A stretch of DNA of 64,000 bases from the NCBI GenBank assembly GCA_008632985.1, contig QPGO01000005.1:1137607-1201606 (forward strand), read 5' to 3'. Position numbers and translations under genes: made by a program. Under the pieces are notes generated by a model. It was given only the letters and a program-made list of their open reading frames with translations. It did no database searches and had not been told where the DNA came from. Within the stretch, counting starts at the first letter, position 1; each line of letters opens with the position of its first letter. Origin of the DNA: Psammoneis japonica (lineage: Eukaryota). Shown in pieces: positions 13,766-27,770 of this stretch.

Positions 13766-16670
13766 TCAAAGTTCGTCTTCTTGAAAGCATCGAGGATCCG
13801 GTTCGTTAGCCAGGCAGTCGTGAAAGCCAATCATATTCTGCGGAATACACAAGTTGCCTGTAGTCATCTCAGTGGAGCAATGAAGCCGACACACTTTGTT
13901 TAAGTCGTTGAATTCGCACATCATGTCCAACAATGCTTCATTTCTTGTGTATCTCTCTTCATCAGAAGGAAACCTCTCAACGATTTCATCTATTTGATAG
14001 TTTAATCGATCCAGAAGGTCTGCCTCAGGGCTGCTCTCGGGAAAATTCCTTACTCCAGCATGCTGGAAGTCTCCGGTGAACATGCACCCGTTGATTGCTT
14101 TGATGACGACCAAGAATTCGTTTTCACGGACAATCGTAAAGATGGTGCCATCACCGTCGTAGATTTTGCATTTTTTCCCTTCCCCGCTGGAACTAGAGAG
14201 AGATAGATAGAGAGAGAGAGAGAGAGAGAGTAGCACGAAAGGAGAGATGACACCATAAGAATCAAGTCCGCGCAGCAACCATGCATTTGCCCAGCTACAC
14301 TTACCGTACTCGTTGCACCAGATCCTTCTGAACGCCGAGCAAAACTTCACCCACAGGAGATAGTCCAATTACTATGCTGGCTGGAGCAATTGAAGTTGTC
14401 ATTGCTTCGTTATATTCCGGACGGTTGACCTCCCAGCCAGGCACTGCACTGGTCAGTTCGTCAGCTGTTGACTCCACGGAAGGCCGTTGGACAATCCAGC
14501 TGGTAGTTTGTCGAGCCAAATCATGGTGAAGAGATTGATCCTCTGTTCCACCCATTAAGATCCCAACATCAACGAGTCGTTCATTCTGTGAGTCGATGAC
14601 TTTTTCGTTGTAAAAAATTGATTCTACGCAGGACCTCGTTGCTATTCGCCCTCATGTGTCCCCGTGCCTTCGAATCTGCACTTGCCATCGTGCATCCTTC
14701 CGCGCCACATTGCAGCGCTTGTTAAAGAAAGTTATGTATCTTGGATCACTTTTCTCTGAGAGCTCTATATCCTCTCGGATTTCATCACTCAGACTACCAT
14801 CGCTGTCAAAGAAGAGCCTTTGAAGATCGCCGTGCGATGCATATGAAAGATTAAGCCTTCGCAACTTAGGGCGCGAGAAACCTGGAATAAAGCGACGCTT
14901 TATTCCAGCGTTTGCCTTCTCCATCAATTCTGCTTTCTTCAAAAAGGTTGAAACTGACATGGCTTCCGATGTGATGATTAGCGATCCAGTTCTACAATGG
15001 GGGAAAAATATAGTGAGGGTAAGAAGAATCAATTCACGAATCGACAGATCAAAAAAAAAAAAACAGACCTACCCACAGCTTGGTTTGACAGCTAGCGCCG
15101 AAGCAACAGGGAAATCATCCTGAGCGAGCCGCTTTCTCTTCTCCCAATCTGTAATCATCTCCCGTCGGTGCCTTCGGATTAACAAATGCTCAGCTCTTTC
15201 ATTTGTCGGGCACGACCTTGCCTCCATTCGACGGACGGCTCTCGGTAGCGGCAGAAATGAGAGAGCAGCTTTTGAAATCGGGAGTGAAGATGTGCCATCC
15301 TCCATGTTCCAATCAAATGCGGTATTAAGTGTCCAGACCCGCATAAGTGCCATGCACCGCTTGGAATTTTGCTGCAGCGATAAGATCTCTTCATCATCGA
15401 CATCGCAAGGGACAATAGAGTTGGATAAACATTTCAGCACTCGTGCTCTTGTAATATCTCGGTTGGGTGACAGTAATAAGAGGAGCCGAACACGGTCAAG
15501 TAATCGATCCCGTCCGATGAGTATGCCGGCTCTCTCAAGTAGTGACCAGAGGGTGATCTCGAAATTGACAAGCCCATCATCCTTGCTTGACAAGCTAATC
15601 TGAAGCAACCTGTAGAATACCGAATCGATGACGGCACCCCGCAGAAACTTAACATTTTGTAAAACCTCGAGCACAGAGAAATCAAGACGCTTAATGACAG
15701 GCCTGATATAGTCCTCCCCCTGCCGATGCAGGCGTAATATAAGGGGAGATGCAATCCTGCGTATCAAAGCAAGATCATGAAGACGTAAGCCACGATCGCT
15801 CTCAGATCCTTTGTTCTGGATAGGAAAGTCCATCCACCACAAAATATCAGCTATTCCCATCAATAGAGAGTCGTCTATTCTTTCGTCTTTCAAGCATCGG
15901 TACCTCTTCACTGCAGCCATAATTCCATACGAATCGTCTGTTTCCTTGCAAAGAAGATGGCGTGCAGCTCTTTTAAGCATTTTCGCTTGGTTGCGGGTGA
16001 GAATTTTCCCTTCGGTCACCCCGAGAGAAGCCAACAAGCAACGACTGACGAGATGAGCAAATTTCTGAATGCCAAGGAAATCCTCCAGTTGACGTTCATC
16101 GCTGAGCTGCACACTCCCTTTTGAGAGCACAATTTCTACGAGGCAACATGTATCGTTGACGTTTTTGCTTGCCAGTCGTAGTTCTTGATCGTCCACAAAG
16201 GATACTAAAGGAGACTCCAGCGAGATGGATAGATATGCTCCATCCACCATACAAGGCGACGAGAGAATATTCCTGATAAAGAGGTCTTGGTCCTTGCCAA
16301 AACAGCTAGAATCGGACGAGTCGCTGACAATGCTGCTCGATGAAGACTTCTGAAGCTTTTTGGCCGGCTTCGTGTCATGACTGGTACAAGCTATACGTCT
16401 CTTTTTAGGACGTCCAGGGGATTCAACTCTCGATGGTGACAGCGGCACAGAGTGAAGAATGGCTTCCGATTCACAGAATCCTTCCGATCCCGATGTGAAA
16501 TGTTCAGCAGCTTCGCTTTGCCTTTCGTTCAGTTCGTATGGGTTAACAGCACATGGGGTTACAACGGACACGAGGGCCGGAGGACTACAGTACGTTGCTT
16601 GAGTATCTGACATTGTGGCGGCTTTCTCTTCAAGAATCGGTGTCATTGTGTACCGGTGCGATGATGTCAT
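13766..16670 (-). pseudogene. Three-exon gene with C-terminal 2OG-Fe(II)/PhyH-like dioxygenase motifs and one in-frame TGA
   Basis: Predicted exons 16670-15073, 14991-14305 and ~14192 (or 14186)-13766. Both GT-AG introns keep frame. Motifs QSLHHD, FTGDFQHAG, RLH. TGA at 14654-14652 with the same frame open on both sides. Confidence 0.6.
14195..14230. repeat. (GA)n/(GATA) microsatellite inside a predicted intron
   Basis: agagagagatagatagagagag... run directly visible. Confidence 0.9.
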
Positions 16671-17184
16671 GTTGTTGATGTTGTATGTTGTGAGTTCTGT
16701 GAAGTCGAGGAATTGAAAAATACGATTGCGGCGCCCGCCCGCTTGGAAGAATCATCATCAGAATGCGCGCGCGGGAACCTGGAGGTCTGCATACGTAAAT
16801 TAGGCTCATGCGCTATGAAAAGACCGTACCGGTAGAAGTACATACGTACGATACGATACGACTTCCATACAGTCATTCGGCGAGCATATTGTCGGTCATC
16901 GATCGTATCGTCCTCCCCTTATGTACAGTATGAGGGTCATCATAATCAAGAGATTTATGCCTACCGTGTCTCAGCAATCCGTTTGTACATTGGACATTTT
17001 TCAAGTAAAGGCATAATGACCAATCCCGAAAAACCAAGACCGCCTTCCACAAATCTCGCACATCATCCATCCTCACCTCACAATTGGCACGGAGGTGCCA
17101 TCTTCAACCTCGACAGTCAGTCTAAGGTATTCTTGACCGAAAGAAGTAGGCGATAAGTCGGAAACCTCGTCCTCTGCTGTAGTC

Positions 17185-20100
17185 ATGATGATAAAGAGGC
17201 GCTCGTTCACCAGCAGGCTTGCTTCGTTCCTCTTTCAAGTAAGGCTTCTACTCCTGTGTAACTCTAGCGTGAGGGGTGAATTCGTCTTGAGGCTTCCAGG
17301 ATATGGATGCAACGATTTTCAAGACAAGAATCTGGGTAAGCCTCCGACACTGTCCAACGTTTCTCCAAAACACCAAACAATATGATCCAATCCACGTATG
17401 TTGTTGTCTTTCTTTTCAGGTACGTCTTTCGCCACTCCTCAAGAGTGCGGAGAAGCGGCGTTGCAAGATGAAGAATGCACTGGCACAGAAATCATGTGGT
17501 CCCCATACTCGTACTCTTGGGTAAGTGAAATACTCTGGGCTGTTGTTTGTAAATCGCACGTGCTAAAGGTAATGTGTTTCTCTCAACCTAAACACCAGGG
17601 CTGTCGGTGCTGTGGGCCAAAGCCGGTTGGTGAGACGGATGAGGAAGCCTACACTTCGAATCCAAATTGGAATATATTTAAAGGTTGTGCGGTGGGGCAG
17701 CAGCTAGTTTCTGTGACAGTTTTGACGGACCGGTACCCAGGAGAAACCACATGGAGCCTTTCCAACAGTTGTGATAATGAGGTTGTTCTTACCGACGGAC
17801 CATACAACCAACTTAGCACTCCTCATGTTGTCACAGCTTGCCTTCCAGCAGACAAGGAGTACACCTTCACCATTTCAGATACATGGGGCGATGGCATCTG
17901 TTGTGGATACGGCCAGGGGTACTACAGCGTAAGCGTTGAAGGCAACGAGATTTTCAGTGGCGGAGACTTCGGAGCTCAGGATGCCAATTCTTTCGGGTCG
18001 TGTCAATCGTCAGCAACACCACCTCCGTCGCGCGGCCCTTCATCACCTCCTACTCCTTATCCCTCGCCTTCACCAACTCGCAGTCCAACACGGGCTCCCA
18101 CAATGTCGCCATCCCTGTCTCCTACAACAAGCCCGTCAGCGACGCCAACCAAGGCTCCTACAACAAGCCCGTCAGCGACGCCAACGAGGTCTCCCACAAC
18201 AAGCCCGTCAGCGACGCCAACGAGGTCTCCTACAACAAGCCCGTCAGCGACACCAACCAAGTCTCCTACCTCGAGTCCAACACACAGCCCTACGTTTTCT
18301 CAAACCCCAAGTCCAACGTCACCGCCTACGAAGTCGCCATCGTTGTCCCCATCCAATTCGCCTTCGTCTTCAACAACAACTGCGGATTCTTTCTGCGTCT
18401 GCTCACTTCTCACTCAGGCAGAGTGCACATCTTTGGGTTGCAACTGTGCTTGGGGTGGCGGTGCATGCGACTTTGTCAATGAACAAGACGTTGACAAATG
18501 GCATGGATTTTTCGAGTTAGCACAAACTCACGTCGTTCATGCAACGCTAGAGCAGAGGCATGCACCAAAACTGATCCAAGAACGTGAAGCCGAGCTTCTA
18601 TTTACGCCCACCCTAACCGAGCAGGCAACTCCACCACCGACGTTTGCTCCAGCAAGTATTGATTGGGGTTTGGAGCAGCAAGGCGCATATGAGGTGGTTC
18701 TGCCAACATCTTTGACGTGGCCAGAGTCTTATCCCAATAACAAAGCGGACGTTATCGAGCAAGGCAGTGAATACTATCTCCCGAACGAAAGGCCAGACGT
18801 TGATATTGAGTTTGATCTTGGTGCCGAACGCTTCGTTGATACCATTTTTTTGAAGCTATGGTATGTCACGAGCACTGATTCTATAAGCGTCGGGGTATGC
18901 TCCGACGACGGCGCAGCCCTCAGCGATCCACCATCCTTACCAGTTTCGGGGTGGACCTGGTACGATATGGTTACGACTGGGTCATACAATCGCGAAGGAA
19001 CCATCAACCCCAAGGTACGACGGACATGCTCGTGCCTTGCACCCTGAAAATGTTTATTTCTCGTCGGAAAATTTCACGTTTCGCTACACAATTTTGATGT
19101 GTCCGCGTAGGTCTCTGCTCGTTACATCAAGATTCGATTGCGTGGTGGGACATCATCCTATTCATCTTCTTGGGGACTACGAGAAGTCAGAATCAAGGGA
19201 GCACTTGACGGTCTGGTGAATAATGGCGAAAACAGCGAGACCAGCGGAGGTTCAGCCTTCATTCCACAGTCGAATGCAGATGTTCGAATTGCTGCGTATA
19301 CACCTAGTGGTGAACTTGCTGGAGTCCTCCAAGCACGCAGCCCTGAACAGATTCGTGGTATTGTGGAGGAAAGTCTCGTGGAAGATGGCATCGATCCCTA
19401 CACTTCAGAGGCCTGGTCTGTAACAATTCCGTGGAATTGGGTTAAAGCGGGCACAAAACTGATCATTGGTACGCATAATCAAGGTTCAGGTAGTCCACTC
19501 CAGCATACCCTCTTCTTGAGTCAAGTGACGTCATTTAGTGAGCACACTCTTGTCCGCACAAAAGTCGTCATCTTTGGTACTGCAGAGGAAGCTTCCGCGT
19601 TGGATACTTCCACGGTAGAGTCGAAACCTCTTGCGACTGGAATGTACAGTGCAATGCCGGTCGCCGAGCTAAAGTGGGTAGATTCAAAAGTCTGGCATGT
19701 GAGTTGAGAACAGTTTTATATACTGCCGCTTCATCACTGAATCAGTTTTCTAACAATTTCTTATTAACAGCTACCGTACCTTGTACAGGGAACGTCCGAT
19801 GGCCCAAGGCTTGTTCAAAACGAGCTAGAACGTCGCTCAGTCATGGTGGCGGCAGGCGATGATGCTGGGACGGAGCCTGGGTGGGACATTCTGAAAGGAC
19901 AACTGGCGTTAATGCACAATCTTGCCAATACTGGCCGAGGATTTTCAACCACGGAAACGGGAGAAGGTGACTGGTCGCCATATGCATCCGGCACGTCAAT
20001 CTTTATGGGCTACGCCAAGAGTGTGGATATGGGCAGTTCCAACTGGGAGTACAAGCCTATGGGCTATTGGAATGGCTGGTCGGCGGCTGCTTCAACTGGA

Positions 20101-21982
20101 TGGTGCGGGATGAAACCTGGAGATGAGTGTGGAAATACTTTAATCCATGAGATTGGTCATTCCCAGACAATGGGTCACTTCACGCAAGGCTCGGCAGCAA
20201 GTTGGGGCATCCAAGATGAGTATCCGCTTGACGGCACCAATATGGCGACTCACCCTTGGGGATATGACACGGTTTCGAGAAGATTCCGGACTTGGTTTGA
20301 CGTCTCAGATGGGACTGGAAAACGAGACCCTATGAATGGTGGTGAGCCACCCAACATAGAGGGGTGCTTTCCTCAGTATACAGCTTACCACGCAGCAAAG
20401 TCTTCTCATTGGGGGGCCAATAGTCCTTTGCTACTTTCAGCCAGATCATCGAGCGTTGCGGTAAGATATTGTCTTTGTTGTCATTTCCTAATAAGTTTCG
20501 GTCTCTCACCAGATAAATCACCTTTGTATTCACTATCAGACTGATGGAGCATACCTGTATTCAAGCGAGAGCCACGAATATGAGAAACTCAATGATCTGG
20601 AGACTTTCCGAAACGCCGTAGAGAGCTCCGCATCTCTTCCCGAGGAAGTGGGAGTTCCGGTTCTCACCTTTATTGGCACGCTGGGAGATAGATCTGAAGC
20701 ATGCCAGACTTATCCTCCCATAGTATCCTCTCATGGCAACACTTTTGCCATGCCCGATCCGTTCACGGCTGGCCATCCATCAGTTTACAACGATTCGAGA
20801 TACTTTGTGAAAGTTCGATTCGAGAATGGGTCCTCTGAGCAGGGCATAATCGCTGCCCCGGATCTCTCCGGCTCGAATGAGCTCCGGCATTTCGGCTTTA
20901 CCATTGCTTCATCTCGAAGGCCGATAGCTGTTGATTTGTATCGTTTCAACACCGCATCGTATCCATCAGCTACAACACAGAGCACTAAAACTCTGCTTCA
21001 CACACGTGATATTGACTTGCAGTGGCTCGAGGGAACGCCCTCTCCATTCCGTGTCGGGCGCGGGTGGTTGGGCGACTCGAACGAATTGACAGTGAAACGG
21101 TTTTGCATCTCAGAAACGGACTGTGCTTCCAAGCAATCTGAGTTGAAATGGCGAGAATCAGCGGCGGGGGTGTCATTCACATCTTCTTTGACTCCTTCAG
21201 ACTCGACAACTTCAGCCAATATCTTTGAAGTTCCAGTTTCTCGTAAATCGGATGGTTCAGCATATACTTTGAAAGTTGCTGTTGCTCGTTTTTTCGAGGA
21301 CGGCGGGGAGAATTTTCCCGTTTTGAGTTCTCCTCCTGCTTGGGTTCAATCCGTTCCCGCTGATTCGTCTCATGGTATAAGGATGTGGGTGCCGTACGAG
21401 CTGAATAGCCATCTTCCAGTCGGATCCTATCTTTCATCAAGTAGCGCCCTCGCAGTAACGAGCAGCGGTGCGCAAGGAAACACAGTAATCAAGATATCAG
21501 CTCAGTTGGAGCTTCTGGAACCAACCGCAACTGTTGATTTGAGTAATGGTGGTCAATTCATTGGCGAAGAATTTCCCATCCCAGCCTCATCTGGTTACTT
21601 CATTGCCAAAGACAGCGCCGTCGGCCCAACAACAAGAGTTTGGTGGGGAGGTAGTCGGTCGACGATCTTTGTGCCACTTGTTTCATCTTGTGTTCCAGAC
21701 AACGGAACGATTGTTGCGAGTATCAAAGCACAGCAGCGACAGTGTGGTGGTGGGACCCCATGGCAGATGAATGCGGGCCGCAGTGCAAGTGATTGTGGCC
21801 ATCAACTGGTGCTTTCGCTGGATGGCGTATCTTCAAATCCATGGATCAACAATGAGAGTCTAGTGGGCTGTCAGCTACAGACACACCCGTCAGCACCAAT
21901 TATTATCGAGGCGAGAAGTTGGCATACTCCATCTGATGGCCTCGTGAGCACGCCAGTCCTAAGATTCGTAGTAAATCTCTAG
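17185..21982 (+). CDS. Large, probably secreted M66 (StcE/TagA)-like zinc metalloprotease with Pro/Thr/Ser linker; six predicted exons
   Basis: GT-AG introns at about 17336-17419, 17521-17598, 19014-19110, 19699-19770 and 20461-20539. Zincin motif HEIGHSQTMGH, then HPWGYD and DPMNGG. N-terminal TDRYPGETTW...DTWGDGICC module and PTxSP repeats. Confidence 0.75.
18070..18360 (+). repeat. Coding PT(R/K)SPTTSPSAT repeats (36-bp core unit)
   Basis: cctacaacaagcccgtcagcgacgccaac-like unit four times, with degenerate flanks. Confidence 0.9.
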
Positions 21983-23284
21983 CTAGTGGTTTCGTGCAGA
22001 TTTTGCATCGCCTTTCGCTTGTTGTCGGTGGCGTTGGTTGCGTTTCTATCTCCTCTCTAGATGGTTGGGGGGCGTAATATGTATCTCGTGTTGATTGTAT
22101 AGAAGTTGTTGTTCTCCCTTTATGCGGTGTGAGTGTCGAATCATCATGTCGCATTGGAGCTTCTGACCCCCGGACCTGTTTTAATTAGCATCTCAAAAGT
22201 GGTTCACCATTTCGGTCCCTCGCATGTCGTTTCATTTTTCGCTCACTGATTGAGCCAAAAAGCCAAAAAATTTCCGGATCGACAAAGCACGTGAGCCAAC
22301 AATGAAGTCCAAATGGCTTGGTCACCTTGAAGTGAGATTTTCCAGACATTCAAGCACACGTGTTCTGGCCATGGAAAAGAAAAGCCTCAAGAATGCCTGA
22401 CAGAATCAAGGCAAGAACATTTGATGATGACAGAGACTTTTTATCATTGGGGTTCCATGGAGTTTGGAACAATCTTTCGCTGCCACCACTGTCCTCAAAC
22501 ACGTTGAAACACATCTCATCTTCTTTCAAACCAAGGACAATGCACTCATTTGCAAGTCGAACAACTCTGGCGTGAATCCCCACTTGACGAAGCACACACC
22601 TGCAAGTGACAGCCAGCAAGTGGTGCCCCAATCTTTGTTTCAAGCACATGGTCCAAGAGAGCAGTGCTTGCACACCTGTCAACAATCCGGTGTTCTCTGT
22701 TCCAAAATCCATTTCATCCATGAGAGTTGTTTGGAGGAGGCGTGCAATGTGAGGTGCCCCTTTTCTGTCAACACCACCCAATTCATTGAGACATGCTTGC
22801 AACATTCTGGTCATCACATGTGACGTTTTCCACTCACAAGATATTTGAGCATGACTTTCATCACTGACAACATCACACCAGCTCTGCAAAGATTGTGAAA
22901 TCAAAAGACAGCACCACTCCACTGAGCAATGACACTCTGCTTCAGAAAAGATTGCCTTGCAGTTGTGCACGGTGATTTGAAAGTGTGCATGTCCCAACAG
23001 CTGTGCAGCAATGCTTTGAACAAGAGGCACAACATTGTGTGCATTCTTCTTGCACCAAGCTTGAACTGCTCCCTGGTTGTTTCATGCAACACTTTGCAAG
23101 ACATCTGGCAAATTGGCATCGTCACACATTTGAGTCCACATGGGGTCACCACACTTGTGACCAAGTCACAATGGTGTTTGTGCTGTGCATTCTTTGCGAC
23201 AGTCAGCACACAACCCAAAGCAAGAGACTGTCATGTTTGTGTCATTGAGTGTGTCCTTGTGGAGAGAGTCTGTTCAAGAGGGGC

Positions 23285-23450
23285 GCAGGCATCTTGAAAT
23301 GGATGTGCTGACCTGAAGGTGCATGCAGTGGGCATGTTGCCATGACTTGCTGGCCTCCAGCCAAGAGAGCAAACAGATGTCCTGGAGAAGTGCCGCAAGG
23401 CACTTGAACTTCAAAGAGCTGCAGCTCCTCGTCTTTGTTTTGTTGAGAAA
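23285..23450 (-). pseudogene. Eroded host-like motif (QLFEVxVP...F(A)LLAGG..V..TCP repeat seen in diatom proteins)
   Basis: ELQLFEVQVPCGTSPGHLFALLAGGQQVMATCPLHAPSGQHIHFKMP; recognised from memory only. Confidence 0.45.
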
Positions 23451-26400
23451 TGAAAGGAGTTTTTTTGTGTTTGGACATGTCCATCTCATTTTGCAGAGTC
23501 ATTCCCACAAATGTGGATTGGCAGAAATGGCATCTGACAGCATCTTGCATGTGCAAGCTGCTCAACAAAGTGAAACTGGCTCCGACATGACAAATGCAAG
23601 AATCTGTTTGAGAGCTTCTGTGGGAAGATTGAGGGAGGAAATTGATGAGTTCATCTCTTTCTTTCAACTGTTCACAGCATCATGTCAGAGCTTGCCAGAC
23701 TTCAGTGTTTTAACAAGGAAGAGCCATGAGAGGAAAGGGGCAAGTGAACATGCTTGAATGCAAGTTGAGGATGTTGTGAGTTGTTGATGCTGCGTGGCGG
23801 TGTCTTCTGAGTCCCGCTTGTGATTCAGTTTTTGGTGGGGCGGAAAATCTAAAAGGTGCTCGTGCACGTGCTTTTCTTCATGGCTGAAACTTTTCCAGCA
23901 ATTTGGGCCATCGCCACAATGATGATGGCATCAGAGCATCATCAGAGTGAAGCATCATTTTGATGGCACCAAATGCTGGTGCAGAAACTTGCTGTAGATC
24001 AAAGTCACTTGACAGCCATGATGCCTTCAGTCTCAATGGAAACGCACATTGTTCCCAGTGCAAGGGTGCCATCCATCAAGATGCACCTCAAGGTTTTTGA
24101 TCAAGAGAATCTGAGACATGTTGGCAACGTTGACGAGTTGTTTGCCTGTGATGCACTGGCAGGCATCAACCCAACCAATTGCAACTTGAACAAAGCAAAA
24201 GACTCAAATGAAACTCTCATTTGGCCAGGAGGCATTCGATTGCATGAAATTGGTGCAAACAATGCAACCTCAAAGCCCCCCAAATGCGGGCATTTTGATT
24301 CTGAAAAGTTCAAAACAGATGACGACATTGGCCAACATTTAACTCACAAAGCAGTTTCAGAATCAACAAATGGAACAAGAGAAAACATGGAAAGCATCTC
24401 TGAAGCCCTCTCAATGTGTGAGGGACAATCTGAATCAAACAAAGAGATGCCACCCTGGACCAATGGCCTGAGACCGCATTTGCATCAAAAGTTGACTCCA
24501 AGTGAGATTGTGGGCATGACAGATTCCAAAGCATTGGCATTGGCTCACAGAGCTCTGTTGCAGCAAACTGTTGATCATGATGGTGGTGGCCTGAGAGCCT
24601 GCTTAAAAGCTTGCACTCCTGCAAAGCATCACAGGCATGGCAGAGTCTCCATCAAGTTGGAACAAAGAAATGCACATTTGGTGCAGCAACTGGTCTGACA
24701 TTAAACTGCGGCTGTGAAAACAGCAAGGAATCTCCACTGCATTGAGGAAGCTTGCAAACAACTCAAGTCATGCCTGGAGCAACCCAGAACATCTCAAGTG
24801 GGGGCAATGGCAGACACGATGGCAAGATGACCTCCTTGCTTTTCTGCAATGCCACCATGCTTGCTTGAGACTAAAGCTTGCACCTTCAAGTGACAGATTC
24901 TTCATCCATGACAGAAGCAACAACCAGTGCAGCATGTTCACATGATGGAGAGTTCACAGTGAACAGAGGGTGCCAAGGCTGAATGAGGAGAAAATGGCTC
25001 AGAAGTGCCATCTGCTCCCCGCCCGTTCTTCATCTGTCATGACATCGCACGAGCAAGAGGACGCCTCAAAATGGCGGTCACTTTCACTTTGCTGACGCTC
25101 GTGCTTCTTTCCTCATCCATCTGCTCCAAACAGACTGATCTCATGGTTTTTGCCATGTTGGCTCCAAAGTCTGAAAGGCAGCAAATGTGTCTGATCAAGA
25201 AAAAGCAAGAGGAAGAAGAGGAAAAGGCAAAAGCCGCTGCCTCCAAGAATGATGAATCATCTCCACTGCCACCAAGTCTTTGCACTTCAAAATGAACCAG
25301 AAAAAAGACATCTTCACCAAAATCAAAAATGAAAAAAAAGATCGAGCCCAAACAACAATGGCGGCAAGCCGACAGATCAGAAGAAACATCTTAAAAAGTT
25401 GAGGGAAAAGCACACACAACAAAACTCTGCAACAAATTGATTGATTGGAGGAGGAAGATGCTGAACTGAAGCAGAGCAGCTCAGCCATTCTCAAGAAGAA
25501 AGCCGCCAGCGCCATTCCAAAAATGAGCACCGCTCCAAAAACGGGAGACATTCCTTGTTGAAAGCAAGCAGCTGCCGCTGCTGGTGAAGCAAAGCCAACA
25601 CCTTCACTCTTGCAAAACATTGCTCCTGGAAAAGTGCTGTTGTTTCAAAAAACTCCATCCACAAATCCAATGAGTGCTTCACTTTTGTCCAACCCCCTGC
25701 AGCCTCATGCTGTTGCTGCTGTCCAAGGCACTTCTCATGATTCAACCAGAGCTTGTCCATCACAAATGCAAGCATCAATGTCTGGCTCTGCTTGATTCTC
25801 AGCACCTGTGCCAGGAATGACCCCTCCTCCTGTCAGCGTTGACAGACAGCAAGCACAACAACATCAAGTTGCTTGTTCATTGTCCTCCAATTCCACCATC
25901 AACAGTTCCATCAAAATTGGCCAAGACGGAAGCACTGACAATCACAAGAGAAAGTGGCTCATTGACCTTGTTGGAAACAATCTCCTTCCATTGTCCAACA
26001 GGGCCTGCAGGGGCACAAACTCCATTCTCATCATCAAAGATGATCCACATTGGCTCACTTTCCAGAGAGCTGATGAAGGGCAAAGTTCAAGGTGGTCCGG
26101 GTGCAAAAGTGGGCCAGATTCCACGTGCATGGAGCTCAGTGTGTTTTCCACACAAATTGCTCAAGTCAGCTTGCCAACTTGAACCCTCTCCCAGATGATG
26201 GAAACTCAGACATTTCACATGACAAAGTGTTTGGACTGTGCAGCTGCACTCCCCTTGACTTGTTGCACCAGAGTTGACATGGAATTCACAGGGATGATGT
26301 TTTGAGCACCAACATTTGCATGATGACTTTCATGCCAAGCAAGGCATTTGATGTGCTGATGCCAATTTTGTGTGGCACGCCAATGACAAAGATGCAAACG

Positions 26401-26879
26401 CAATCCCAGCTACAAGACATGGCTTGAGATGACTTGACAAAAAGGACAACTGTGCTGGAACCAAGAAAAGACCCCCCAATCAGCTCATTGATGATCAGAG
26501 GACTTCCAACGGTTCCCTGAATGTCTGATGCATTGGTTGGCACACATGTGTCAGAGAGTGCACACTTGGTCTTAAGCTCACGTCCCCATTTTGTTCACTC
26601 TTCCCCTCCATGGTGCAAGAAACATGCACACCATTGGAGCCACTTGTCTCAAATTCAAAATTGGATGCATGCAAAGAAGGGAACCCAGATGTTGGGAAGA
26701 AGTGCTCAACTCCGATGCAGTGCCACTCCACAAACATTGATCTGCTCAACAACATGCAGTGCTTGCAGCACCAAAACAGTCCTGTTGGCATGGACTTGTT
26801 GTGCAATTCAAAATGGACCATGAGCTTTCTCCCCCATTTTTGCTGGATTCACAGACTCAATCAATGCATTTTGTCTGAT

Positions 26880-27770
26880 GTCCAGGAATGACGCTTTGTG
26901 TTCTGTCATCATGGGTTCTCATCAATTGACACTTGACGGTTGGCTTGAATTGCAGCAAGGTTGGCAACAACAGGTGGACCCAAAATCACATCTGGTTGGA
27001 ATGCCAGTGCCCCACTTGAGACACCCATGGACCTTGAATGGGAGCATTGCAGAGCAAAGGATGCAGTGGCAAGGGCATCATCCACTGTCACTTCAGCCTG
27101 CTGAACATTCAAAGGAGGGTCAGCGGCAACAACAACGCACAAAATGTCAGCTGCCGTCTGGTGCATTCATTCACAAATGACATTGGCTGCAGGATTCATT
27201 TGAAATTCCCAACCAATGAACTCACCACCATTGTCATGGATGCATCGACTTGGTCTGGGATGACAAGCTGACCAAAGGTTGCAAAACATGCCAGTGACAT
27301 GTTGAGACATTTTGTCATCAGCGCAGATGAGTCCAGTCAATCCAGCAACAGTGTGGGTGCAGGTGAGAGCACTGAACTCAATCTCTTGCTCTTGCATTGA
27401 CAATTTTTAGGGTCCAATTGGATCAACTGCTGCTTCTGACCATGGAGCCAACGGTGCTTGTTGTTGAGGCAAATCTCCACATCCAGGACCAAGTTGCTTA
27501 AAAAATGTTGACAGGCATCACAAATGAACTCATTGCAGTGCAAATGCAATGCAGGATGATGCAAGTGAATGCGGGTGCTTTCATGCAGACAAACGACTCT
27601 GCAATGCCCCAGCACACGATGACACCATGCAAGAACATCAGGCAACAATTCAGCAGGAGTGCAAATCTTCCATGCTCCAGGCGAATCATCCACATGAAAA
27701 CAATGGCAGATGAGAGGATGCTGATTCACAATCTTGATCACAAATTTCTGGGGAACTGTTGCTGCTGATT
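26880..27770 (-). mobile_element. Ty3/gypsy integrase relic
   Basis: VLAWCHRVLGH (zinc-finger region), PRPSRCIHDNGGEFIGWEFQ, ERMHQTAADIL...DDALATASFAL; frameshifted. Confidence 0.85.
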
